Positions 1 through 13,000 of a stretch of 64,000 nt of DNA are shown piece after piece. The position numbers and the translations under genes were made by a program. Positions within the stretch are counted from its first letter, which is position 1, and each line of letters opens with the position of its first letter. Source of the stretch: Phoronis australis (Eukaryota > Animalia > Phoronida); NCBI GenBank assembly GCA_002633005.1, contig NMRA01000010.1:1206443-1270442 (forward strand), written 5' to 3'. A model generated the notes under the pieces. It did no database searches. It was not told the origin of the DNA and saw only the letters and a program-made list of their open reading frames with translations.

Positions 1-2872
1 TATACACCCCCGACGAGCCCCTGCTTGCGCGCACCCGAACTCCCAAATGGTATCTGGTAGATTTTTAGGTGGGGCAATGCCCCCTTTGCCCCCCCCCCTA
101 AATCCGCCACGGATAAACAATATATCTGACGATCACTTTCAATTCGAAATTCGAAAATGCCTGCACTTTACTGTATTATGTCAGAAAATATACCGAAATA
201 GCAGATAACAAACCTATGTTCTGTTGTTTTGTTTCTTGGTCTATTTTAAGGCATTCACATCGCATAGCTTTGTAGCGAGATCTCTCGCTGCTATATAGCT
301 TAGCTACGTTTGGACATTTTCTTCTAGACCCCCTCGTTACCTCATGGTGTAGCCACCACGCGCGTTCAATGCCGATGAATAACATTAAGCCTCAGCTAAT
401 CGTGTGCACGATCCTGTCATCTACGCAAACACCACTCGGGCGAAGTTGGCCGGGAAAGGCCCGATGATTGTGTGAAGCACTTTGAATCAGAAGCAAGTTC
501 AAAAATTATTACTTAGTTACATGTACCATTGTTCGAGCCCCCCCCCCTAAACCCCCTGGCTACGGGCCGGACATGACGCCCCGTTTTTGACCGGTTAAGA
601 CACCTCAACACTAAAGACACACTGCACTTGCAGCCGCTCCAAATAATATGAAGTCAGTCGTGGTAACCTCACTTATTTCGCATACAAATAATTGCATAAA
701 TTGTCAATTTTCAAAGGCTGACTATTGTCCTGTAAATAATGGAAATTTTACTAAAACTTGTTTATGACATCTACAGTATAAACCCTGTTAGCAATAGACT
801 AAAATTTTCCAAGTTGCTATTTTTGTTGAGAAGTTCTACAAAATAGAATTTCACTGGTCAGCCACGTTGCGTCATTGCTAAATAAGCGAGGTATAGGTTA
901 AAAACATCGTTTTTTATTTGTGTAACCGGTTCAGGTAATATATGGATTCGGGTCATGTTGAACGTTTCACACAGGAACAGAAATTGTACGTATTGCACAC
1001 ATGTGCTCAACTAATCTTTATATCATGAATGTGATCCATGGAAAGGCACCCTAAACATGCCTCTTAAAATTTCAGATTGAAGCCATGTTTCTAAAACGGA
1101 AACATCAATGCTGAAGTCGGTCATTTTGTGACTTGCAGTTTAAATACCTTAAAACAATTTAATTGGATTGCAACACAATTGAGCTATTATAATTAATTCT
1201 TCAGATATTCAAAACAAATCAACCATGTCAACTATTCAGTAGCCTCTTGTTTGGAATGGACACTTGATATTGAATTCAGAACACTTCTACCCTTGTTATA
1301 CTTGATATATTGTCTTCTGTTTTGATTATATCTGTTTATTAGTACCAGATGAGAGCATTGAAATGCTGTTGTATTTAACCACTTTGCCTGTGTTTGACTT
1401 ATCATCCGCTGCATTAGTCACAATTCCCCTGCTTAATGTTATGATGGAGATGAAACGGATAGGCGTATTATTAGCTTTACAATGATGTATAACACGTGGC
1501 AAACATTATCGAAGTGGTTTAGTTTTTATTAGAAGTGTGTACATGTATGCCGAGTTCCTATTGAACTTGACCTAAAAATAACCAAGCAGCAGGTATAGCC
1601 GCTGTTCATAGTGTATAGCATTACAAGGGTTCACACACTGCACTCCGTCAACAAGTGTCCGATCACTCTACAAATTCAATTTTTGCCTGTCATTTAAAAT
1701 CGGTTAAAAAACTGAATTCTTAACAAAAAGTCGACTCCGATTGGGGTTAAAGAGAAAATTTTGCGGACAAACGCCCCACTATCTGGACACTCGGCACCAG
1801 AATTTGTAAACCAAATAAACGCCCATGGGTGTTCATTTGGCATAATTTTTGAATAAATGCCCACAGTAGTTTCATCAGATGGGCTTATCTAAGGAGAATC
1901 CCAGAATTGATTTTTTCAGTTCATTTTTGAATACCTGCTGGTGTTCACCACTAAGTCTAGCAGAACAGAATCATTTCTTATACGAGAAGGTTAGGCATAA
2001 TATTGAAATAACAAAAATATAGGCTTGTGATCTAGAAATGGTATCTATTTAGTTGCACCAGTGGATTTATGAAATTGCTCTGAAGACCAAAACTTGTGAT
2101 GAGCAGAAAGATTATCTTCAATACAAATGTGAAAGACCAAATCTATGACCAAATAAAAACCATATATTTATAAATATTTCATAATGACAAAATGTAAATC
2201 ACAATGATCACAGTCTGCAAGTACAGTGCCATTCTTGACACAACCACATTGTCGCAGGAACAAATTAACAGACACGAGTGAACTGTTAAAAAGTCAGTTT
2301 TACTACAATTAGTCCACAGAGCAGGAGAAAAATTAGATGGCAATGACCTACTTGTTAGCATGAGAATGACACAAAATGAAAGAAAATTATCTCAACACCT
2401 AAGATCAGTTTTAAGATGACTGAGAAGTTCACGAACCTGTAAGGTCCTGGTTTATCAAACCTCGCACACAACCCATGCCTACAAACCACCATGACATTGC
2501 AGATCAGATCACTGAACTCATCACTACCTGTCAGTTTAAAATACATTACAACTGGGCACAAGCGAATAAATAACTTGTAGATTGAAGGTTTCCTCAGTGT
2601 CTCCATTGTTGAAGCGTTTCACAGCCTATGTGATATCAACATTCAGAGCTATTTCAAAGCTGACAATAGGTGACATATACTCTCAAAGCAATGTCGTATG
2701 TGTAATCAAAGGCATCACACAACGAGAAATTGTAGATTTCTCACGTGACTTCTTTCATTTCAGTTCCCGGAGCGACTTCAGGAACAACTACAGTGCTGCA
2801 GACCAAATAATGTCCCATCATTAGATACGTGCCTGGCCTCACCTCCATGTACTGACCATGAGATTGACAGAC

Positions 2873-4069
2873 TAAACCAATGGTAACCGATGACCTGAAG
2901 AGATCCTCCTACTTTTTCCTTTTCCTTTTAGCTTTTGACTTTAAACCAGCAAACTGGAAGCTTTTTAAGGGATCAGATTGCATCTTCTGTAAACAGAACA
3001 CAAGTTTCTATAGTTGTTAGCAGTAGAGTTTGATCGGCTAACCAGACATAATGGCCACCGTGAAAAGTAGCGGAGAATAATGCGGTTGACTACACAAGAC
3101 AAAACTGGGAGGTATAGGTCAATGTTCACAGCATTAGACTGCACCAACATGAACAAAAGACTAATGTTTTGATGCATCAGCAACATATGGAAATAGCACT
3201 GACAGCATAGCATTAAAAGGGAAAGCAAACGCTTTCAAGTTGCCTGCACTGAAAAAAATACCAGGTAAGGTAAAAAAGCAGGAGATTCTAGTCTTCAACT
3301 ACCTTGAGCACCTTACAGGGGATCAGATTAACACTACATTTGCCCGCTCATTTTGAACTCACTTTTGTCATTGTGGAGGTTCAGTCATGTTATGTTAGTC
3401 TCGATGTCACAGTCTGAACAGGAATACATGCTGCATAAGTTTGGTTTGGACCTTCAAAGTCATTGTATATNTAAACCAATGGTAACCGATGACCTGAAGA
3501 GATCCTCCTACTTTTTCCTTTTCCTTTTAGCTTTTGACTTTAAACCAGCAAACTGGAAGCTTTTTAAGGGATCAGATTGCATCTTCTGTAAACAGAACAC
3601 AAGTTTCTATAGTTGTTAGCAGTAGAGTTTGATCGGCTAACCAGACATAATGGCCACCGTGAAAAGTAGCGGAGAATAATGCGGTTGACTACACAAGACA
3701 AAACTGGGAGGTATTGGTCAATGTTCACAGCATTAGACTGCACCAACATGAACAAAAGACTAATGTTTTGATGCATCAGCAACATATGGAAATAGCACTG
3801 ACAGCATAGCATTAAAAGGGAAAGCAAACGCTCTCAAGTTGCCTGCACTGAAAAAAATACCAGGTAAGGTAAAAAAGCAGGAGATTCTAGTCTTCAACCA
3901 CCTTGAGCACCTTACAGGGGATCAGATTAACACTACATTTGCCCGCTCATTTTGAACTCACTTTTGTCATTGTTGAGGTTCAGTCATGTTATGTTAGTCT
4001 CGATGTCACAGTCTGAGCAGGAATACATGCTGCATAAGTTTGGTTTTGACCTTCAAAGTCATTGTATAT
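2873..4069. repeat. 598-bp direct duplication across a single N (3471), including the DDX56 last exon (2909-2986 and 3508-3585); likely two alleles joined by the assembler
   Basis: 2873-3470 versus 3472-4069 differ by about 6 substitutions; the junction is exactly the N. Confidence 0.9.
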
Positions 4070-7000
4070 TGGTTTTTGAAGCCTTTTATAAATTTACCTT
4101 ATTCATGTAAATTGCATGGTTGTTGTAAATACCAAGTATGACACTTAGTTATGTACATAGTGTGTTTTGTGAAACTTACTTTAAATTTGGTTTGCCCTTT
4201 TGAAGGTGCAACTGTGCGTTTCCTTTTCCCTGGACGACCAGATTCTGTGCTCATACCTCTAATTTTCCTCAGGGTTGGTGGAACTGTAATGCAAACACAG
4301 GGATAGATTTGCCTAAAAATATGTGAAGCCCGAGTCAACAAATCTAGCCATTCTAAACAGCTGTCATTACATATCTGAACTCGCATTAGAATAATACAGT
4401 TCATGTGAAGCAGATTCAGATGTGATGCGGAACAGCACTTTTTAATAGGCCTCTTCTCCTGTTCAAACATACCGTTTGTGCCTTGCAAAAGTTTGGCAGA
4501 AGAGTGCAATATCGTAGAATCTACTATGAAAATAAATTCCCACAAATTGTACAGAATCTACATCCAGTATTACCTAAGTATTCCGGAACATTCTTCATAT
4601 GCGAGTGCAACTTGACAACATGCAGAGCCTTGTCATGTCGAAGAACTTGCAGATCTCGCGGGTTGTCCTCAAAGTATGACTGAAAGGAGAACACGTAGTG
4701 ATGGGTAAATTGTGGAGTAACCGTAGCTGAAAAGGTGATGCAACTTGCTTCATGGAACCTACCAAGCCCGCTCTAACAATACTACACAAAGAGACAATCA
4801 AAATTTGTGCAAAATGCATGAACAAAGGGACGCAAACACGTTCAACAAGCAGTCACATTTTGGTCCCCATAGTATTCAAATATTGAAAAGACAACCATGT
4901 TCCACTGACATATCCTATCAAGTGACTATCAAGTCGCCTATTGGTGAAATGGCAAATTAATGTGCATCAGCTGTATAAACTAAATGGCATCGAGAAATGT
5001 TCAAAGCCATAGAAATGCAGAGCTAAATTTCTAAGTGAGAGCCTCTGGACAAGTCCCTCTTTGCTTAAATTTCATAGAATGTTATGTAATCCCGATACCT
5101 CAGTTGTGAAATGTTATACTACGCATCTAAAAACCGGAACAGCGTTTGTATTGCTGACTAGTGTGCATAGCACCACAATGACTTTTTTATTTGTTGTACT
5201 TTGGGCTGATGGCCATGCGTACAAATAAATAAAGGAAATGCATGCACCCCAGCTTATCCACCCTCCCCCCCGTTACCATCACTCTCCCCCAGTCCCCGTT
5301 TCACCTCCACAGTTGCCACAAACTTCATGCCTGCCCTCTCTTGCTTTGTCTGAATATTACTCAAGTTTTGTACTAATCTGACCAGACACATGCCACTCTG
5401 TCTAATACTCCCACCCTGTCTAATACTCCCATGCAAGTAAGTGCTACAACTAGTGTCCCAAGAGTAACCTCACTCACGTCAACTAACAAAAGCAACAATG
5501 CTGCTTAAGCAACTCAATCAACACAGCGGAGATTTCAAGGTCATCATATACATTAGAACACAAGTCATGCAACAATGCACCAAAACCTTTCATATGATGT
5601 ACCCCGACTTTGATTGATGTTTTGTATCAGGCTGATAAAAGTGATCACTAAACTAAAGATAATGATCATCATTCAGTGCATCATTCAGGGAAAGCGACTT
5701 TTGATCATTTATCATGATTGTAATATATCACAGTTGATGACAAGCCTTGCATGACAGGTTGTATTCTTATCATCCATAGATACCACATCATACCATTCAA
5801 ATGAATTCATAAAAATGGTCGATGTGAATTCTTATAAATTTTTTTTTGTTAAACTACGATCAACCAAAACTTTTGTTGTGTATGCAGACAGAATGACCCG
5901 GAATCGTTGGTGCAACTGAAATTAACCATTCGAGTAGCTAGAAAGACTCGCCATGACAGGAAAATGGTACTTTGCTGGATTTCTCTTGTAAAATGCAGAA
6001 TTCACAACGTAGCTTCAACTTGCAAGGCAAATTTCACATAACTCACTTTCAATTTGTTAGAGTTCAAAATTTCGGACTTGATTTCCTTCAGCCGTGCCTC
6101 CCTGATAGCAGTCCTCGTCACTGCTTGCATGGCGTCCTGCAACACAGACACACACCAGTATAAAATGTCAAGAAATTTGATATCGCAGCTAAAACATTAA
6201 CAGTATCTTATGTGGAAATTGACTGGATATCAATCCACTTGTAAATGGCATGCTGGGTAAAGAACCTACACTGGTAAATTTGATCAATGTCTTTCAAGTG
6301 ATTTGGTCGATTGAGATGTGCACTCAAAGAGAAGGGACAATTTTTGAAAAATTAAAATGGCCACAATAATGTGTTGAGGCAACTGAATCAATTGATAAGC
6401 TCTCTAGATATCAAAATCTTACTGAAAAATAACCTAGCGGGATACTATGGTAGTCAAATCCGACCAAAACTCCACCAGTGCCAACAAATTCCTCTTTTCT
6501 ACTCTAGTGCCAAGCTTCATAAAAACACAGTCAGAATCATTTTGACAACTGACCGACAAATATATTATAAAGTCAACAAAGATTCATAAAGAACCAAAGG
6601 TAGCCACTCCAAATAGGTAAGTAGCCAGTAAGTCTCTCCTAAAAACACTGAAAATGCCACAACCACAACCTGATGTAGGCAGATTGAAAAGTGGTAAGCT
6701 CCACCCCAAAGATGCCTTACACCCTTGTGGAAACTTAAATACATCCAGGGTTCATCGAGATAGCAAGCACGCAAACAATCGGATGGGAAGACAGAATACA
6801 CACACATATACATATGTGGGTGTATATAGACTGCAATCAAGGCAAGCCAACTAGTGATCAACTATCCGGTCATTGTCAGTTGAGTGAGTGTATCAGTTAG
6901 AGCTAATAACACAAGTCATCACAGATGTCAGAATGTTAAGCTTTCATCACACACACACCGAATAAACGGAAGAATTGACCAGAGGAGAGTTTGAAACATA

Positions 7001-10000
7001 ATTTGACAGTCAGTTTCAACTTGAATACTGGATTTCACACAACTAATTTAAATGGATTACATTGCTTGACTTGACGAAGACTGTACTATGACTTGCATTT
7101 AAAGACAAGTTTTCATCAACCAGAAATTGCAAACGATAGCGAGTGCATTTTTACACAAGAATACAGCTTACATAATACTGTGATGCAAACCAGAATTTGC
7201 TGTTTTTAAAACACGCACTTAGAGAAAAATTAAATCATGACTCCAGAGACAACTCCACATATAATTTACTGCATACCACTTTCTGCTGGAAAACATTTAA
7301 TGTCGGTATAGAATATGACCATCTGTCAGCCGTACCTTTGCTCTGTACCTGAAGCCCTCTATCTCCTCCATTCTGAAGTTGTATGGAGTGAACAGGGTGC
7401 TACCTTCTGAAAAAACAAACACGTTTATGCATGACATATCATTTGAGCCAAACTGAATAAACTTGGTGTAAATCTGTTACCTTCTCAAATCAGTCACTCT
7501 CAAACTGGTATGCCAATGCAATAAATATCATTATTTATAAGGGGAAATTTACTTGGGAAAATTTATTTGGGGAAAATTACAAAAAGGAAAAATTTACTAA
7601 GTGTTTACAAAATGGTTAGTCCTACCCAGTCAGTAATTAGGAATTGATGAATCAAATTTCAAGGAATACATACAAGAATAAGTAGCAGTCTTGAAGGCAA
7701 TGAACATCTCATTAAAAATGGACGAAATATGAGAGTAAAAATTCTGGCAAGTTTATTTTTTATTAATTTTCTCAAAAAATCTTGCCACAATTTAAACTAA
7801 GGTAGACGTGTTTCACAGTCTTCCCTTTTTCGAAAATGACTATTCACATTCTGGCCCATAGAACCAGGCCAGTCACATCATTACTCTGGCAATTCAACTA
7901 AGAGGGTGCATCAGCTAGAGCTAATAATTATAAGAAAAATTTACTAGGGGTCCACAAAATGGTTAGTCCTGCAAGGACCACCTACCCAGTCATTGATGAA
8001 GAATTAATAATACAAGAATCAAATTTCAAGGGACATGTTCAAGAAAAAGTAACCACTGTGAAAGTAATGAAAATAATATTAAAAATGGACGAAACATGAG
8101 AGCAAAAATTTCAGCAATTTCTTTGTTTCACATTGTTTATTTTCTATTGATTTTCTTAAAAAATTTTTGCTACAGCTTTAACAAAGTTAGACATGTTTCA
8201 CAGTCTTCCCTTTTTTGAAAATGACTATTGACTAGTCACATTCTGGTCCAGAAAACCAGGCCTGTCATATACAACACTGACAAAGAATACATTTGAGAGG
8301 GTGCATCAGCTAGAGCTAATATTACATGCCATCACATGTTAGGTCAGCATAGTAGACTATCATCATGTGCACCAATATCCACAGGGAACCTAACTTTTCA
8401 TGAATTCAATATATGCAAGCCTGTACAAACAGTTAATTTTCCAAAATTTTCAAACCAATGTTAACAACAGATTCTATCACACAGAGCAACTGATTTCTGC
8501 AACACCAACTTAAAAAGATACCAAACCGGGTTTTGGCAAATTAACAGATATTAAAAACGACTTTCCCATTATGTTCTCTGAAACAAAAAATGATTTGTAA
8601 CCCTCGGCATCCCTAAAAAAATTTGGAGGAAAATTTGAAAACTCATTTTAGAGTCTACTAAACGGGCAAGTGTGACCTGTGCTTTTACCGAATTAAACGG
8701 GAACTGTGGGAAAAGACCACCCACCAAGGAGCATAATATCCCATTTGTGAGATAAGGAGGATGAGTTTCTAGTTGATTTCTGTCTTCAACTTATAAGATT
8801 GACGCCAATGATGCATTAGCGGGTGACTGAAAGAGTTGGGTGAAATTATCAAAACAGGGTTAGGTAATCTTTTTAAGTGTTTGTCACAGAACACAAGTTA
8901 GAGGGAAGATCTACATAACCAGGTGTTCAACAACACAATAAGTACCAGTGTACCTGTTCCATCACTGAGTGCCTCTTCTACTTGTCGTAGTAATGAGGTT
9001 TCTTTTATACTAACAAATGACAACGCAGTACCTTGGTTATCTCCTCTCGCAGTTCTACAAAGAAATGACTTCCATTAAAGATGGAACGTAACCTTATACA
9101 CTCTCAAAACCTAAAGTGAAATACATATCTAATGCCAAAGACAACAGTATAATTCTAGTGTTTTTTTTTTCTAAATTGCAGTGACGCAGCATTTTTTCGT
9201 TTTCTGTATCGTCAATAAAGAGAAAGTCAACTGATGCCAGACGACATCCATCATTTTGCCCCCAACGTTACCTCATGCTGTATGACACATAGCAATCACT
9301 ACCCCCAGCGACAATGCTGGCTGACATGTAGCGACCACTTCCCCAGTCACCTTATGCCAGTCAAAATGATTGAGGATTTTCTTTATTTTTCTAGACAAAG
9401 AGGCGCTTAGAAGCAAAATCAGTCGGGCGTAGACCAGAACAAATTACATTGTTTTCGACCTAATAAACTGAACTCAAGATAACAATCTAACCACAATTAT
9501 TCGTAGGCAAACGGTTTGTTTAACCTGATCAGCTGAAGTGTATAATTTGAGAAAAATAGCTATGCTAGGGGAACAGCGCACATTTTTTCAGTTTACCTCA
9601 TACTCATTAAACAAATATCAGTAGGACATGATTACAATTTTTTTCAATCAAAAATGTATTTTGGGGATTATTGTTTAATGGCGTACATTTTTTGCAATTA
9701 TATTAGCTTTGATCAAAGCTCTAAAACAAAATGTCCCGATTTTGAGATTTTATTACAAATCAACAATTCTTACGCCATGTCTGCCAGGCATTCGCTGCAA
9801 CCAAGGCCAGTTAATGTACCAGATAAATACGCTCAAAATACTCATCTATTGGCTGATTTAGCTCGTCAATAGAGCATTTGGCTGTGACTGGGAAGGCCCC
9901 AGGTTCGAATCCTCATCAGAAAATACTTCTCTCATTGATAATGTTACTACAATAAACTATCTGGAGATTAAACCAAGCCGATTCATTTTTAGTTCACAAT

Positions 10001-13000
10001 TACAATACCTCACCTGCCCACCCTGTGAATGTAAGAGTCTGCACTTGTCGGAAAGTCAAAGTTCAGAACGTTGGAGACATTCTGAAAGTCTATACCCCGT
10101 GACACACCATATTCTTTGTCTTTCTTTTTTGACCTGCAGTAAACACAAATGGAATGAATTTAACAACTCAACATTTTCTTTCCTTACATCACACATACTT
10201 CCCACTCACTTACAATTTCACTTTCCTAGAGCTCCAGAAGTTTCAATATATTATCCACGAACTACTTTCCCACAAAGAGTACAAGGCACAGTGCTTCAAT
10301 CGACTGTTCCGAGTAAATGCTTACTTCAGATTTCACATAATGTCAAGTGCCAACATTCGGTTTGATGTCCACTCCCCATTATGGAGATCTAGTATATGCA
10401 CATACGGTGTTACCGAGACGTCATATTATCATTCTATGACATTTCTGATGAGTTTTTATCCCATTTTCAATCCATGCCAGAAAAAAAAGTTGTTTTCCAG
10501 GTTTTCTGTGTTCCCAAAAGTGGGTGGGAGCCATAGTCTTATGACGAACCTCGCTGCACTTATATAGGAACACATTGTGCCTAGACCAAGACTTCAATAT
10601 TATTGAAGTCTTGGTCTAGTTAAACTACATGCATCAGAGTCAGAAAAGAACCATCAAACTAGTAGTCAGTAATGGGTTTGCTCATCATTTGCACACACAT
10701 CAACATATCCATGGTTATGCTACACTCCAAAGTGACACGAGTCGCCACAATATTGAACACAAATAAGCTGGAGACAAGCCACTGTTGTTACTGTTACACA
10801 TCATATACACCAAGACAATAGTAATCATAAAAAATACTATATCCCCATTACGACAGCTAATACTGTCAACAGCAAAACTGTATGGTGAAAAAGTTCTAAT
10901 TGCAGAATGTCTTAAGTCACCTTGTTAACTTTCCTGTTAATTTCCCTTCATTGTGGATCAAGAGGAAAGGCCACTCTGATGGTGAATTGGGCGCCCAAAC
11001 GTAATGACGCAGAAGTCCTGGTCATTTTATCTGATTACTTTTTGCGCTTATTGTACGTAGCACAGCAAAAAATGTAACGTCACAGTTAATAGAGCCCTGT
11101 GTGACACAATGTTGGCGCTGTAACACATAAACTCTTCACAACTGATGAAGTATAAACATGGATTAAAAATTCATAATTGCACAGAACACAGTCAATTCAG
11201 AGATCTCATCGACAGCACTGTTGTCATTCTCCAAATGCATTATGAGAGTGTCAACTCGTAAACGTTTGGTAACATCACAGGAAACTTGGCGACTTCCACA
11301 CCACACGACAGAAAACAACATCCTTTTCTAGATTTCATCACTCAAAGCACAGGTCCACAGCAACATACTTTTTGGTGGCAGCATGACTGAACACCCACTC
11401 TACTTAAAAAAAAAAAACTGAAAAAGAACCTCAAAATGCATCGAATGAATGCAAATCTTTTGCCCGATGTTAACGATTCTTGAGGCATGCACCATCCAAT
11501 CAGGCTGGACTAAAATCTCACTGCACAAAATGCCAGGCCTCTATTCTGAAGACCTCAGAAACTAGCGAAAACCTAAGATTGTATGAGATATCGCTACAAA
11601 TTACAAGTGAAACACTTTTCTTGCCTCTATGAAATGCAGCCCATGTGTTGGTCTTAAATGTCAACAGATGTTTACATGCGGACAACCGCCCACAATGAAT
11701 TTGAAAAATGACCACCACTGCCACTAGTGGGGAAGTTTTTCTGTCAATGAAATCCCACAATTCCCTGCTCTAAATGGATGCCTCCATTCAGTGACAGTAT
11801 TGACCTACTTCTTATGTTTGCCATCAGCTGACTGTTGCGGATTGGTGGAGATGACTTCGTCTGAGGCAATGATGTAGTCGTAGAGACCATCATTGAACTG
11901 ATTTACAATGTGGCACCTGAAACAGCAACATAAAGAGTTAAAAAAAACAACAACCAATATAAAGAGTAAATGTACAGGTACCAATAGAGTAAAGAATAAA
12001 CACAAAGTTATCAATATAAACATTTAACACACAGGTGAGCAGATATTTTTAGCGAGTATTTATTCACACTTTTATAAGAATAGGGATAAACAAACCACAT
12101 TCAAAAAGTGGATGCTCATTTCGCTAAAATGAAACGGGCTTAAAAGTCACTGTCACTAATCAAATTCTGCATGCTATGTAATACAAAAGACCTTGTATTT
12201 CAAATTTTTCTCACCGAGAATTTATTGGCAGCTCTGAGTTGAGGACACATGCTGGGAGGCCAAACTGTTCTAGAAACAATTTCAACCTGAAAAAAAGAGC
12301 TTTTCAATTGACACAATAACAGTGAAGTTTTCAGTATTTAGAACTTGAATTGACTCCCACAAAATTCACCATAAAGCGCTGATAGGTGTGCATCAGAGGC
12401 CTGGACACTATATTGAAATTAACATCAACCATTTGTCAGATATAACGCTCATCACTTGCACCACGTAAACTGAATCAGCCAACTGACAAGCGACAAGCTA
12501 AACACAGTTAGGCGAAAGGCACCTCTAGCCCAACAAACATGACTTTGGACATGCACTGTGCCTGTCCAAACCAGTAATGTTGCTCTATGTCATTGAAATT
12601 AGGTTGAGTCAAGAGTGGACGGGCACTCGACATAAGTCCACCTCTACTGACACGGCTGTACGTACTTGTAACATTTGTCCACTGTATTCACGAACACTAT
12701 AGTCCTGCCTCTGACTAGGTTCAGCTTCAAAAGCGTGTAAATCAGCACAAACTTGTCCTCTTCTTCACATCTAGAACCAGCAAGCAGCATTATTTATTAT
12801 CAATATATACAATACATGTAGCTTAGGCAGGGCCGTACCTGTGAAGAGTCGCAGAGACATGGTCAAGCCAATAAACCAAAACAATTCAGCCCAATTGGGA
12901 GACTTTCAGCAGAACGTATCAAAATGCCACCATTGAACATTAGCTCAGATTATGTAACTAGCAAACATAGCGAGTTGTTATAAACTATAATTTGGCACAA

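Noticed and set aside
2909-3585. Duplicated DDX56 terminal exon as alternative last exons
   Set aside because: The copies abut a single N and differ by about 1%, which is typical of two haplotypes joined at a gap rather than real biology.
4960-5040. gtgcatcag resembling the 3' end of the other snoRNAs
   Set aside because: No C box at a suitable distance.
5620-5725. Extra C/D snoRNA in DDX56 intron 12
   Set aside because: CTGA and ATGATGA words are present, but box order and terminal stem do not fit and I recognise no guide target; it is better explained as a local inverted repeat.
9851-9919. Functional tRNA-His(GTG)
   Set aside because: The anticodon and T stems pair poorly and the 3' acceptor strand is incomplete; treated as a SINE head or pseudogene.
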